Under the pieces are notes generated by a model. The model had not been told where the DNA came from. It saw only the letters and a program-made list of their open reading frames with translations, and ran no database searches. Source: a candidate division FCPU426 bacterium (GTDB lineage Bacteria > Oederibacteriota > JAJYGY01 > DAIDJD01). From it: 54,629 nt of DNA. Positions within the stretch are counted from its first letter, which is position 1. Every line of letters starts with the position of its first letter. The position numbers were made by a program, and so were the translations under genes. The DNA lies in the NCBI GenBank assembly GCA_027451505.1, contig DAIDJD010000013.1:1-54629 (forward strand), given 5' to 3'. Shown one piece after another: positions 15,886-23,843 of the stretch.

Positions 15886-17324
15886 CCCAGCCCCACCAGG
15901 GAAAGGGAGGAGATGGTGTCCCCCATGCCCACCAGCGTCACCGGCTTGTCGATGAGGATGGTGGGCACCGCCACCACATGGAAGTCCGCGCAGGAGCCCA
16001 TGCCGGTCTCGGCCAGGGCGTCCAGCCCGTGGGCCGCGGCCAGGTGCGCGGCCAGGGCCTTCAACTCGGACAGGCTGTGCTCCGACACTTCGCGCCCGTG
16101 CGCCCACAGGAGGTTTTCGGCGCGGTCCAGGCTTCCGGTGCCGGCCTTGGCCGCCGCCACCGTGGCCGCGAAGGCCATGCCGTCGCGGTTGGCGCGGGGC
16201 TCGAACACCGGGCCCCGGGCGGCCTCGGCGGGCCGGATCAGGGTGATGTAAAGGCCGAACATGTGCAGTTGGACGCGCTTGAGCCCGAGCGCCTGGTAGA
16301 CCTTGAGGAGCCCCTTGAACAGGTTCACCGCGCCCAGGGACTGGCACTCGCGCGCCAGGGACTGCTCGCCCAGGACCTCGAGGATGCCGATGAGCTCCTG
16401 CTCGTTGCAGCCCACGCTGTCGGCGCGGGGGGCCAGGAAGCGGGCCAGCTCCTCGCGGATCTTCAGGTCCTGGGTGCTGGCGAACTCGAAATGGACCACC
16501 GCGCCGGGGTGGGCCTCCTTCCACCTTGAGACCCGGGCCCACGAGTCCGCGATGCGCGCCAGCCCGGAGCCGGGGGCGCCGCCCGTTAGCGGCTCGGTGA
16601 GCATCTGATAGCCGCTGAGCAGGATGAAGTCGAGGGGGTGCCCCGGCCGGGAAAGCGCCGCGTCGAAGGCGTCGTCCAGTTCCAGGCGGAAGTTGAGGGG
16701 GTCGTAGGTGGCGATGAAGCGGTTGCTCTTGGGGCAGGTGAGTTTCAGGCCGCCCAGCTCCAGCTCCGCGCCCTTGTCGAACTCGAGGATCCAATGGATG
16801 AGCGGGCGGTCGCCGGGCCTGTCCACGCCCCGGGCCGGGACCAGGGCCCCCGCGGAGTCCGTGCTGACCAAGCTGTCGTGGTCCAGGAAGAGGCCGGCCT
16901 GCTGGGCGGGCAGGCTGGCGCAGTGCACATAGACCCTGCGGGCGCCGGCCACGGCCAGGACATTGGCGATGATGCCCCCCTGGCCGCCCATCTGCAGGCG
17001 GTCGTAGCCCAGGCGTGCGGCCATCCAATCGAAAGTGGACTCGCGGGCCACCAGCCATTCCTGGGCCACGCCCTTGGAGAAGCACTCCACGAAGCCGCGC
17101 AGCAGGTCCACGGGTTCGTCGATGCGCCGGGCCCCCTTGTTGAGGACCTGCCATTCGTCCGCGCCCAGGTCGCCCATCCATTCCACCACCCGCCCCGGGG
17201 CCACCTTGAGCACGGCGTCGATGTTGGCGTTGAAGACGCTGGCCACCCCGGAGACGCGCCGGAAGCGCTCCAGGTGTCCGGGCACGTGGGCGTAATGTTC
17301 CTTCCAGGCGCGCTTGAGATCCAT
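15882..17324 (-). CDS. ADP-dependent sugar kinase (ADP-dependent glucokinase/phosphofructokinase family)
   Basis: 480 aa; ATG at 17324. Block-by-block match to Pyrococcus ADP-GK as I remember it: FNANIDAV, RLQMGGQGGIIANVL, VHFEFASTQDLKIREE...VGCNEQELIGILEVLGE, RVQLHMFGLYITL, and the C-terminal VGMGDTISSLSLVG. Confidence 0.85.
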   Translation of the reverse strand: MDLKRAWKEHYAHVPGHLERFRRVSGVASVFNANIDAVLKVAPGRVVEWMGDLGADEWQVLNKGARRIDEPVDLLRGFVECFSKGVAQEWLVARESTFDWMAARLGYDRLQMGGQGGIIANVLAVAGARRVYVHCASLPAQQAGLFLDHDSLVSTDSAGALVPARGVDRPGDRPLIHWILEFDKGAELELGGLKLTCPKSNRFIATYDPLNFRLELDDAFDAALSRPGHPLDFILLSGYQMLTEPLTGGAPGSGLARIADSWARVSRWKEAHPGAVVHFEFASTQDLKIREELARFLAPRADSVGCNEQELIGILEVLGEQSLARECQSLGAVNLFKGLLKVYQALGLKRVQLHMFGLYITLIRPAEAARGPVFEPRANRDGMAFAATVAAAKAGTGSLDRAENLLWAHGREVSEHSLSELKALAAHLAAAHGLDALAETGMGSCADFHVVAVPTILIDKPVTLVGMGDTISSLSLVGLG

Positions 17325-17357
17325 AGGGTCCCTTCGGCTGCGGGGAGGGCGACGGCA

Positions 17358-18317
17358 TCAAGCCGCGGCCCGCTCCAGGCGGTCGGAGATGGCCAAGCCC
17401 AGCCCGGCGGTGGGCACGGGCTCGGCCTCGATGAGGTCCAGGTCCCGGGCGTCCAGGCGGTGCAGGCACTCGAACAGACGCGCGGCGGCCTCGGCAAGGT
17501 CCCCGGAGGGGCTCAGGATCTCGACGGCGGCGTGCCCCGGGTGGGTCGGGGCGGCGCGGAAGGCCAGCAATCCCACGCGCCCGGGCGCCCCGGGTCCCCC
17601 TTGGGAGGGTCCCGGGAGCAGCCGCAGACGGGTGCGGGGGGCGTAATGGCTTTTGAGCTGCCCGGGGGCCAGGGGACGGTCCTGGGAACCGCCAACGGCC
17701 TCCAGGGGGTGCCCCAGCAGGGCCTCGAGGCGCTCGACCGGGAGGCCCCCCGGGCGCAGCAGGCGGGGTTGGGGCCCGCTGAGGTCCACGATGGTCGACT
17801 CCACGCCGACGGAGCAGGGGCCCCCGTCCAGGACGCAGGCCACCCTCTCCCCCAGGGAGGCCTCGACATGCTCGGCCCGGGTGGGGCTGAGCCCGCCGAA
17901 GCGGTTGGCGCTGGGCGCGGCCAGGGGCCGGTCCACGAGGCGGAGCAGGGCCCGGGCCACGGGATGGGCCGGGACGCGCACGGCCACCGTGTCGAGCCCG
18001 GCCGTGACGATGCCCGGAACCGCGCGGCGGCGCGGCAGGACCAGGGTCAGGGGCCCCGGCCAAAAGGCCTCGGCCAGCCGGAGGGCCAGGGCGTTGGGTT
18101 CGGCCGCGTCCCCGAGCCGGGACGCGTCGGCCAGGTGCACGATGAGGGGATCGAAGGCGGGGCGGCCCTTGATCTCGAAGACCTTGGCGCAGGCCAGCGG
18201 GTTGAAGGCGTCGGCGGCCAAGCCGTACACGGTCTCGGTGGGCATGGCCACCACCGAACCCTCTCGGATCAGGCGGGCGGCCCGTTCCAGGCCCGGCCCG
18301 TCCGGGGCCAGGATCAA
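17358..18317 (-). CDS. sua5: L-threonylcarbamoyladenylate synthase, long form (Sua5/YwlC: YrdC domain + Sua5 C-terminal domain)
   Basis: The TTG at 18317 overlaps the upstream TGA (TTGA). Motifs VAMPTETVYGLAADA, KGRPAFDPLIVH, WPGPLTLVL and APSANRFG. Confidence 0.85.
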   Translation of the reverse strand: MILAPDGPGLERAARLIREGSVVAMPTETVYGLAADAFNPLACAKVFEIKGRPAFDPLIVHLADASRLGDAAEPNALALRLAEAFWPGPLTLVLPRRRAVPGIVTAGLDTVAVRVPAHPVARALLRLVDRPLAAPSANRFGGLSPTRAEHVEASLGERVACVLDGGPCSVGVESTIVDLSGPQPRLLRPGGLPVERLEALLGHPLEAVGGSQDRPLAPGQLKSHYAPRTRLRLLPGPSQGGPGAPGRVGLLAFRAAPTHPGHAAVEILSPSGDLAEAAARLFECLHRLDARDLDLIEAEPVPTAGLGLAISDRLERAAA

Positions 18318-18865
18318 GCCCGCCGTCCGGCGAACCAGAGGCCGGCGTAGATCTTGGGATCCAGCAGGCGGCCCTCCCGGCGGCGGGCCTCCAGCCACTC
18401 GGCGATGCCCCGCATCGGCACGACGTGGACCGTGATGTCCTCGTCCGCGTCGCCGCCGCCGGGGCCCACCCGCTCGAGCCCGGTGGCCAGGAAAAGCGTC
18501 ATGAGGGAGGCGCTCGAGCCGGCCGCGTTGGGGCCCTCGGTGAGCGGTTCAAGGCGGGCGGCCCGGAAGCCCGTCTCCTCCTCGAGCTCGCGCCGGGCGG
18601 CGTCCTCGAGGCTCTCCCCGGCCTGGCTTTCCTTGTCGCCGACCAGCCCGGCGGGCAGCTCCACCACGGGCGCGGCGCAGGGAACCCGGAACTGCTCGAC
18701 CAGGACCAGCTCGCCGGCGTCCGTCACGGGCACGATGCCCACGATGCCGGTGGTGCCCGGGCGCTCCACGTACTCCCAGGTCCCCTGGCGCACCAGCCTG
18801 AGGAAGCTCCCGGAATACAGGATCTCCCTCGGCAGCGCCGCGGCGCCGCGGGGACCCTGCCTCAA
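18314..18865 (-). CDS. NUDIX hydrolase, ADP-ribose pyrophosphatase-like
   Basis: The TTG at 18865 overlaps the upstream TGA (TTGA). NUDIX box GLVGDKESQAGESLEDAARRELEEETG. The N-terminal ILYSGSFLRL is typical of the NudF type. Confidence 0.8.
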   Translation of the reverse strand: MRQGPRGAAALPREILYSGSFLRLVRQGTWEYVERPGTTGIVGIVPVTDAGELVLVEQFRVPCAAPVVELPAGLVGDKESQAGESLEDAARRELEEETGFRAARLEPLTEGPNAAGSSASLMTLFLATGLERVGPGGGDADEDITVHVVPMRGIAEWLEARRREGRLLDPKIYAGLWFAGRRA

Positions 18866-19272
18866 GACCGGGCCTTGCGGCGCTCGGCCCCCGTGGGGCT
18901 GCGGCCCTCGGCCCTGCGGCGGTCCCGGCTGTAGAGCACGTAGGCTCCCGAGCGGAACTGGTAGACGGCGTTCTGGTCGGGGTCCCAGAACAGGCCGCCC
19001 TGGATGAGGCGCATGCGCCCGGTCTCGGCCTGCGCCGGGGTCATGCGCTGGGTGCGCCGGCGGTCGTGGCGCACGAAGACGTACTGGCTGCCGACGCGCC
19101 GCAGGATCTCGCGGGTCTGGGGGTCGAAATAGTATCCCACCTTGAGCTTGATCAGGCGGGACAGGCGCGCCCGCTCCTCCTCCAGGAGGGCGGCGCGGCG
19201 GCCCTTGAGTTGTTCGGCCAAGTCGCCGGAGGCCCGGTCCAAGTCCCTGCGGATGCTGAACAGGTCTGCCAT
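18862..19272 (-). CDS. Hypothetical protein with an internal duplication
   Basis: ATG at 19272 with GAGGTGG upstream (the track TTG at 19302 is less likely). Two related ~30-aa segments: GYYFDPQTREILRRVGSQYVFVRHDRRR and GLFWDPDQNAVYQFRSGAYVLYSRDRRR. It is the first gene of the NUDIX-sua5-kinase-nadE operon. Confidence 0.55.
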   Translation of the reverse strand: MADLFSIRRDLDRASGDLAEQLKGRRAALLEEERARLSRLIKLKVGYYFDPQTREILRRVGSQYVFVRHDRRRTQRMTPAQAETGRMRLIQGGLFWDPDQNAVYQFRSGAYVLYSRDRRRAEGRSPTGAERRKARS

Positions 19273-19368
19273 CGCCACCTCGCTGCGCGCGGGCCCCGAC
19301 AAGGGGTCCGAACCTCAAGTGTATGCAAAAGGCGGCGCCGCGTCGAGTTCACCGGCCGGCCCCGGCGC

Positions 19369-20643
19369 TCAGGCCCCCGCGCCCCAGCGGATGAGGGCCG
19401 CGGCGGCCCCCCCCGCCCCGGGGTCGGCGCGTACCCGCTGCGCCAGGGCCGCGGCGCCCTCGACGACGGGTTCGCCCAGCGCCGCGGCCACGGCCCGAGC
19501 CAGGGACCCCGGCCCCAGGCGCCGGGCCGGCAGCACCACCCCGGCCCCGGCGGCCCGCACCCGGCGCGCCCAGAACGGCTGGTCGGCGAACACCGGGCAC
19601 ACGACCTGGGGCAGCCCGGAGGCGGAGGCCGCGTGGGTCGTGCCGGCCCCGCCGTGGTGCACCACGGCGCAGCAGCGCTCGAAGAGCCATTCGTGGGAGC
19701 AGTCCTGCGCCACGGCCACGCCCTCGGGAAGGTCGCAGTCGGGCCCCTCCAGGTTGGTCCAACCCGCGCCCAGGACCACGCGCAGGTCCAGCGCTTCGGC
19801 CAGGTCCCCGGCGAGCTCCAGGAGCGCGGAGTCCGCGAACACGGGCATGGAGCCGAAGCCCAGGTACACCGGCGGGGGCCCGTCCTCGAGCCAGGCCGCG
19901 AAGCCCGGGTCCCCATGGTCCCCCTCGATCGCCAGGGCGTCTTCGGCCGACAGGCGCCAGGCGCCGGTGAGCGGGTCGCGCTCCGGGTCCCAGTCGGCGG
20001 GTTTAGGGAACAGGGCCGGGCTGTAGGCGTGGAGGGTGCGGGCGCCGGAACGCAGGGCCGCGGCGACCGGGGATCCCGAAGGGACCGGGACGCCCAGGAC
20101 CCGGGCCAGCTCGGCGCAGGCGGCGCGCTGGAGCAGCCACCAGGCGCGGCGTTCCCAGGCGTGGCTGGGGCCGTTGAAGGGGCCCAGGTTCCCGCCGCCC
20201 AAGGCGATGGAGGCGTAGCTCCGTGAGGGCGTGAAGGGCAGCAGTTCGCCGTAGACCACGGGCTTGCCCAAGACCCGGCCCAGCAGCGTGACGGCCTCGT
20301 CCGTGGTGGTGGCGCTCACGAGCACGTCGGCGCCTTCGGCGGCGGCGGCCCAGGCCCGGGCGACGCCCTCCCCGCGCTCCAGGAAGCCCTCCCGAAGCCT
20401 GCGGAAAAATCCCAGGGTGCGGCCCCGAAGCAGGCGCGAGCGCAGCAGCGGATCCGACTCGAGGGCGCTGCGGGTGTCCCAAGGCAGGGGGACCAGGTCC
20501 GGTCCGGCTTGCCCCAGGATGGAACCGAAATTCGAGGGCGCGCTGACGGTGACGGATTGCCCGCGGGCGGCGAGGGCGCGCGCCAGGGCGGCATAGGGCT
20601 GGACGTCGCCCCGGGAACCGAGGGTGAAGAGGGCGAAACGCAG
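19369..20643 (-). CDS. GT1-family (MGT/UDP-glycosyltransferase-like) glycosyltransferase
   Basis: N-terminal RFALFTLGSRGDVQPY and C-terminal VVHHGGAGTTHAASASGLPQVVCPVFADQPFWA are signature GT1 blocks. No ATG, GTG or TTG lies between the lpd stop and this conserved N-terminus, so a CTG at 20643 is proposed. The start is uncertain. Confidence 0.75.
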   Translation of the reverse strand: MRFALFTLGSRGDVQPYAALARALAARGQSVTVSAPSNFGSILGQAGPDLVPLPWDTRSALESDPLLRSRLLRGRTLGFFRRLREGFLERGEGVARAWAAAAEGADVLVSATTTDEAVTLLGRVLGKPVVYGELLPFTPSRSYASIALGGGNLGPFNGPSHAWERRAWWLLQRAACAELARVLGVPVPSGSPVAAALRSGARTLHAYSPALFPKPADWDPERDPLTGAWRLSAEDALAIEGDHGDPGFAAWLEDGPPPVYLGFGSMPVFADSALLELAGDLAEALDLRVVLGAGWTNLEGPDCDLPEGVAVAQDCSHEWLFERCCAVVHHGGAGTTHAASASGLPQVVCPVFADQPFWARRVRAAGAGVVLPARRLGPGSLARAVAAALGEPVVEGAAALAQRVRADPGAGGAAAALIRWGAGA

Positions 20644-20678
20644 GGAACCGTCCCCTTTCGCGGAGCGGCGGCCGGCCG

Positions 20679-22529
20679 CTACTTTCTCTTGGGCCTGAAG
20701 ATGTCGGTGGCGTGTCCGAGGTGGACGTCGACGGCGCCCAGCAGGGTCTCGTTGAGCGTGGGGTGGGGATGCACGGTCAGGCTGACGTCCTCGGCCAGGG
20801 CGCCCATCTCCACGGCCAGGGCGTATTCGCTGATGAGTGCGCCGGCCTCCCAGCCCACGGCCCCGGCCCCCAGGATGCGCCCGGTGGCCTTCTCCACGAT
20901 GACCTTGCTCAGGCCCTCGGTGCGGCCCAAGGCGTGGGCCTTGCCGTTGGCGGCCCAGGGGTAGCGGCCGATCCCGACGTCGAGGCCCTTCTGCTTGGCC
21001 TCCTCCTCGGTGACGCCCACCCACGCCAGCTCCGGGTCCGTGAAGACCACCGCGGGCATGGCCCGCACATCGTAGACGGTGCGGCGGCCGGCGATGGCCT
21101 CGACCGCCACGCGGGCCTCGGCGTGGGCTTTGTGCGCGAGCATGGGCTCGCCGGCGATGTCCCCGATCACGAAGATGGAGGGCTCCGCCGTGCGCATCTG
21201 GGCGTCGTGTTCGATGAAGCCCTTGGCGTCGACCCGCACCCGGGTGCGGTCCAGGCCCAGGGAATCCGAGACCGGCCGGCGGCCCACCGACACCAGCACC
21301 CGGTCGAAGACCTGGACCGGCTCCACGCCCTCCCCGGAGAGGGTCGCCGTGACGCCCCCCGGGCCGGGTTCGAGCTTCTCGACCTTGGTGTTGAGGTGGA
21401 TGGCCTTGAACTGCCCGCGCAGGTGGGCCTCCAACGGGCGCACCAGATCCCGGTCGGCGGCCATGAGCAGGCCGGGCATGAATTCGACGACCGTGACCTC
21501 GGAGCCCAGGGCCGCGTAGACGCAGGCCATCTCCAGGCCTATGTACCCGCCGCCCACGGCCAGCAGGCGCTTCGGCACGTCCCGGAGCTCCAGGGCCCCG
21601 GTGGAATCCATGATGCGCGGGTCGCCCAGGGCCTTCCAGGGCCCGGGCATGGCCGGGACGCTGCCCGTGGCGATGACGCAAAAGTCGAAGGCCACTTCGG
21701 TCCGCGCCGGGGCCTTGCCGCCCTCCCCGGGGGACACGGACAGGGTGTGCGCATCCTTGAAGCGCGCCTCCCCCTCGATGACCTCGACCTTGCGGGCCGC
21801 CGCCACCTGGGCGATGCCGGTCCCCAGGGTGCCGACGAACCCGTCCTTGTGGGCGCGCAGTCGGTCCAGGTCGATCTTGGGCGCGCCGAAGTCCACCCCG
21901 ATGGAGGGCGCGTGGCGCGCCTCGTTGATGAGCTTGGCGACGTGCAGCAGGCCCTTGCTGGGGATGCAGCCGCGCAGGGTGCACACGCCGCCCAGGCGCG
22001 TCTCCTTGTTGATCAAGGTGACCCGGAACCCGAGGTCCGCGGCGTAGAAGGCCGCCGCGTAGCCGCCCGGTCCGGCGCCGATGACGGCCACGCGCAGCTT
22101 GGAGGCCTCCTCAGGGCTGAGCCCGGCGTGGCCGTGGCCCGGGACGGGGGCCTCCTGGGTGGGCGCGGGAGCCGCCGCGATCGGAGCCGCCGCCGCCGGT
22201 GCCGGGGGCGCCGGAGAGGGCGCCGGTGCGGGGGAGGGAACGGGCGCGGAGGCCGCCGGCGCTGGGATGGCCTTCGGAGCCGCCGGGGCTTCGGCCGCGT
22301 CGGGCTCGTAGGACACGATGGGCTGGCCCGGCCGGACCTTGTCCCCGGGCTTGATGTGGACCACGGACACGCGCCCGGAAAAGTTCGCGGCCACGTCCAT
22401 CACGGCCTTGTTGGTCTCGATCTCGGCCAAGCTCTGGCCCTTGGAGACGGCCTCTCCCGCCTTCACCGAGACGCCGACCACCTCGCCGGAGTCCACCCCC
22501 TCGCCCAGGTTCGGTAGCTTGAAGTCCAT
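20679..22529 (-). CDS. lpdA: Dihydrolipoyl dehydrogenase (E3) with an N-terminal lipoyl domain
   Basis: 616 aa. Lipoyl domain (LAEIETNKAVMDV), an Ala/Pro linker, then the E3 core (VIGAGPGGYAAAF, GGVCTLRGCIPSK, C-terminal HPHPTLNE). Confidence 0.92.
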   Translation of the reverse strand: MDFKLPNLGEGVDSGEVVGVSVKAGEAVSKGQSLAEIETNKAVMDVAANFSGRVSVVHIKPGDKVRPGQPIVSYEPDAAEAPAAPKAIPAPAASAPVPSPAPAPSPAPPAPAAAAPIAAAPAPTQEAPVPGHGHAGLSPEEASKLRVAVIGAGPGGYAAAFYAADLGFRVTLINKETRLGGVCTLRGCIPSKGLLHVAKLINEARHAPSIGVDFGAPKIDLDRLRAHKDGFVGTLGTGIAQVAAARKVEVIEGEARFKDAHTLSVSPGEGGKAPARTEVAFDFCVIATGSVPAMPGPWKALGDPRIMDSTGALELRDVPKRLLAVGGGYIGLEMACVYAALGSEVTVVEFMPGLLMAADRDLVRPLEAHLRGQFKAIHLNTKVEKLEPGPGGVTATLSGEGVEPVQVFDRVLVSVGRRPVSDSLGLDRTRVRVDAKGFIEHDAQMRTAEPSIFVIGDIAGEPMLAHKAHAEARVAVEAIAGRRTVYDVRAMPAVVFTDPELAWVGVTEEEAKQKGLDVGIGRYPWAANGKAHALGRTEGLSKVIVEKATGRILGAGAVGWEAGALISEYALAVEMGALAEDVSLTVHPHPTLNETLLGAVDVHLGHATDIFRPKRK

Positions 22530-22532
22530 GGC

Positions 22533-23834
22533 TCAGTTCACCAGTTCGAACGGGTTGCCCAGCACCTCGCAGACGCGCTTCAGGAAGCGCGCCCCGTCGG
22601 CGCCGTCGATCACGCGGTGGTCGTAGCTCAACGAGAGCCCCAGCATCAAGCGCGCCTCGATCTTGCCGTCGACCATCTGCAGCTCCTCGCGCGCGCGGGA
22701 GATCCCCAGGATGGCCACCTCGGGCCAGTTGACGATGGGGGTGAAGAAGGTCCCCCCTATGCCGCCGAGGTTGCTGATGGTGAAGACCCCGCCCTGCATC
22801 TCCTCCAGGGAGATGCGGCGGCTGCGCACCTTCTCCGCGAGGCCCTCGAGGTCCCGGGCCAGCTCGACGATGCCCTTCTTGTCGGCGTCCCTCAGCACGG
22901 GGACCATCAGCCCGGACGGGCTGTCCACGGCGATTCCGATGTGGCGCCACGGCTTGGTGACGATCTCCCCGCGGGCCATGTCGACCGAGCTGGCGAAATG
23001 GGGGAACTCGTCCAGGACCCTGGTGACCGCCTTCACCGCCAGCACGGTCATGGTCACCTTGCCCGGCTGCCCCTTGCGGCCGTCGCTGAAGCGTTTGCGG
23101 GCCGATTCGGTGCCGGTGATGTCGGCCAGGTCGAATTGGGTGACCCTGGGGGACTGGGCCCAGGCCCTGGCCATGCCCTCGGCGGTGGCCCGGCGCACGC
23201 CCTTGAGCGGGCTGCGCTCGACGGCACCCCACTTCGAGAAGTCCGGCAGGGGGGGCGGAGCGGCCGACCCGGCCGCGGGACCCGCGGCGAGGGCCCGCTT
23301 GACGTGGGCCTTCACGTCGGCCTCCAGCACCCGCCCCTGGGGGCCCGAAGCCGCCACCAGGCTTAAGTCCACCCCCAGTTCGCGGGCGAATTTGCGCACC
23401 GCGGGCGAAGCGGGCACGACCCGCCCCGGGGCGGCCTCGGAAGCCGCGACCGGACGGGGCGGGTCCGGGGGAAGCGGCGCCGCGGCTGGGGGGCCGGCCG
23501 GCGCGGGGGCCGGTCGCGGAGCCCGCTCCGGGGGCGCCGCCGGCGCGGAAGCAGGGACAGGGGCGGGAGCCGGGGAGGAAGCCGGGGCCGCTCCGGAGGC
23601 GGGCTCGTAGGCCACCACGACCTGCCCGGGGCGCACCTTGTCGCCCGGCTTCACGGGCACGGACGTGATCACGCCGTCCTCGGGGGCGGGGACGTCCATG
23701 ACGGCCTTGTTGGTCTCCACCTCGAGCATGCCCTGCCCCTTGGCGACACGGTCCCCGGGCTTGACCGAAACCCCGACCACGTCCCCGGAATCGACGCCTT
23801 CGCCCAGGGCGGGCAGTTTGAATTCCTTGGCCAT
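22533..23834 (-). CDS. aceF: Dihydrolipoamide acetyltransferase (E2)
   Basis: 433 aa. One lipoyl domain (MLEVETNKAVMDV), an E3-binding domain (ASPAVRKFARELGVDLSLVAASGPQGRV) and a catalytic domain with SLSYDHRVIDGADGARFL. Confidence 0.92.
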   Translation of the reverse strand: MAKEFKLPALGEGVDSGDVVGVSVKPGDRVAKGQGMLEVETNKAVMDVPAPEDGVITSVPVKPGDKVRPGQVVVAYEPASGAAPASSPAPAPVPASAPAAPPERAPRPAPAPAGPPAAAPLPPDPPRPVAASEAAPGRVVPASPAVRKFARELGVDLSLVAASGPQGRVLEADVKAHVKRALAAGPAAGSAAPPPLPDFSKWGAVERSPLKGVRRATAEGMARAWAQSPRVTQFDLADITGTESARKRFSDGRKGQPGKVTMTVLAVKAVTRVLDEFPHFASSVDMARGEIVTKPWRHIGIAVDSPSGLMVPVLRDADKKGIVELARDLEGLAEKVRSRRISLEEMQGGVFTISNLGGIGGTFFTPIVNWPEVAILGISRAREELQMVDGKIEARLMLGLSLSYDHRVIDGADGARFLKRVCEVLGNPFELVN

Positions 23835-23843
23835 GCTCTGCTC

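Noticed and set aside
13951-18063. A 1370-aa ORF in the track that appears to be a giant NadE fusion.
   Set aside because: Only the last 644 aa resemble NadE. The upstream part is an out-of-frame read through the ADP-dependent kinase and sua5 genes. A GTG at 15885 overlapping the kinase stop gives a normal-length NadE. The same logic applies to 19369-21984, 42909-45680, 45691-47199 and 34347-36605.
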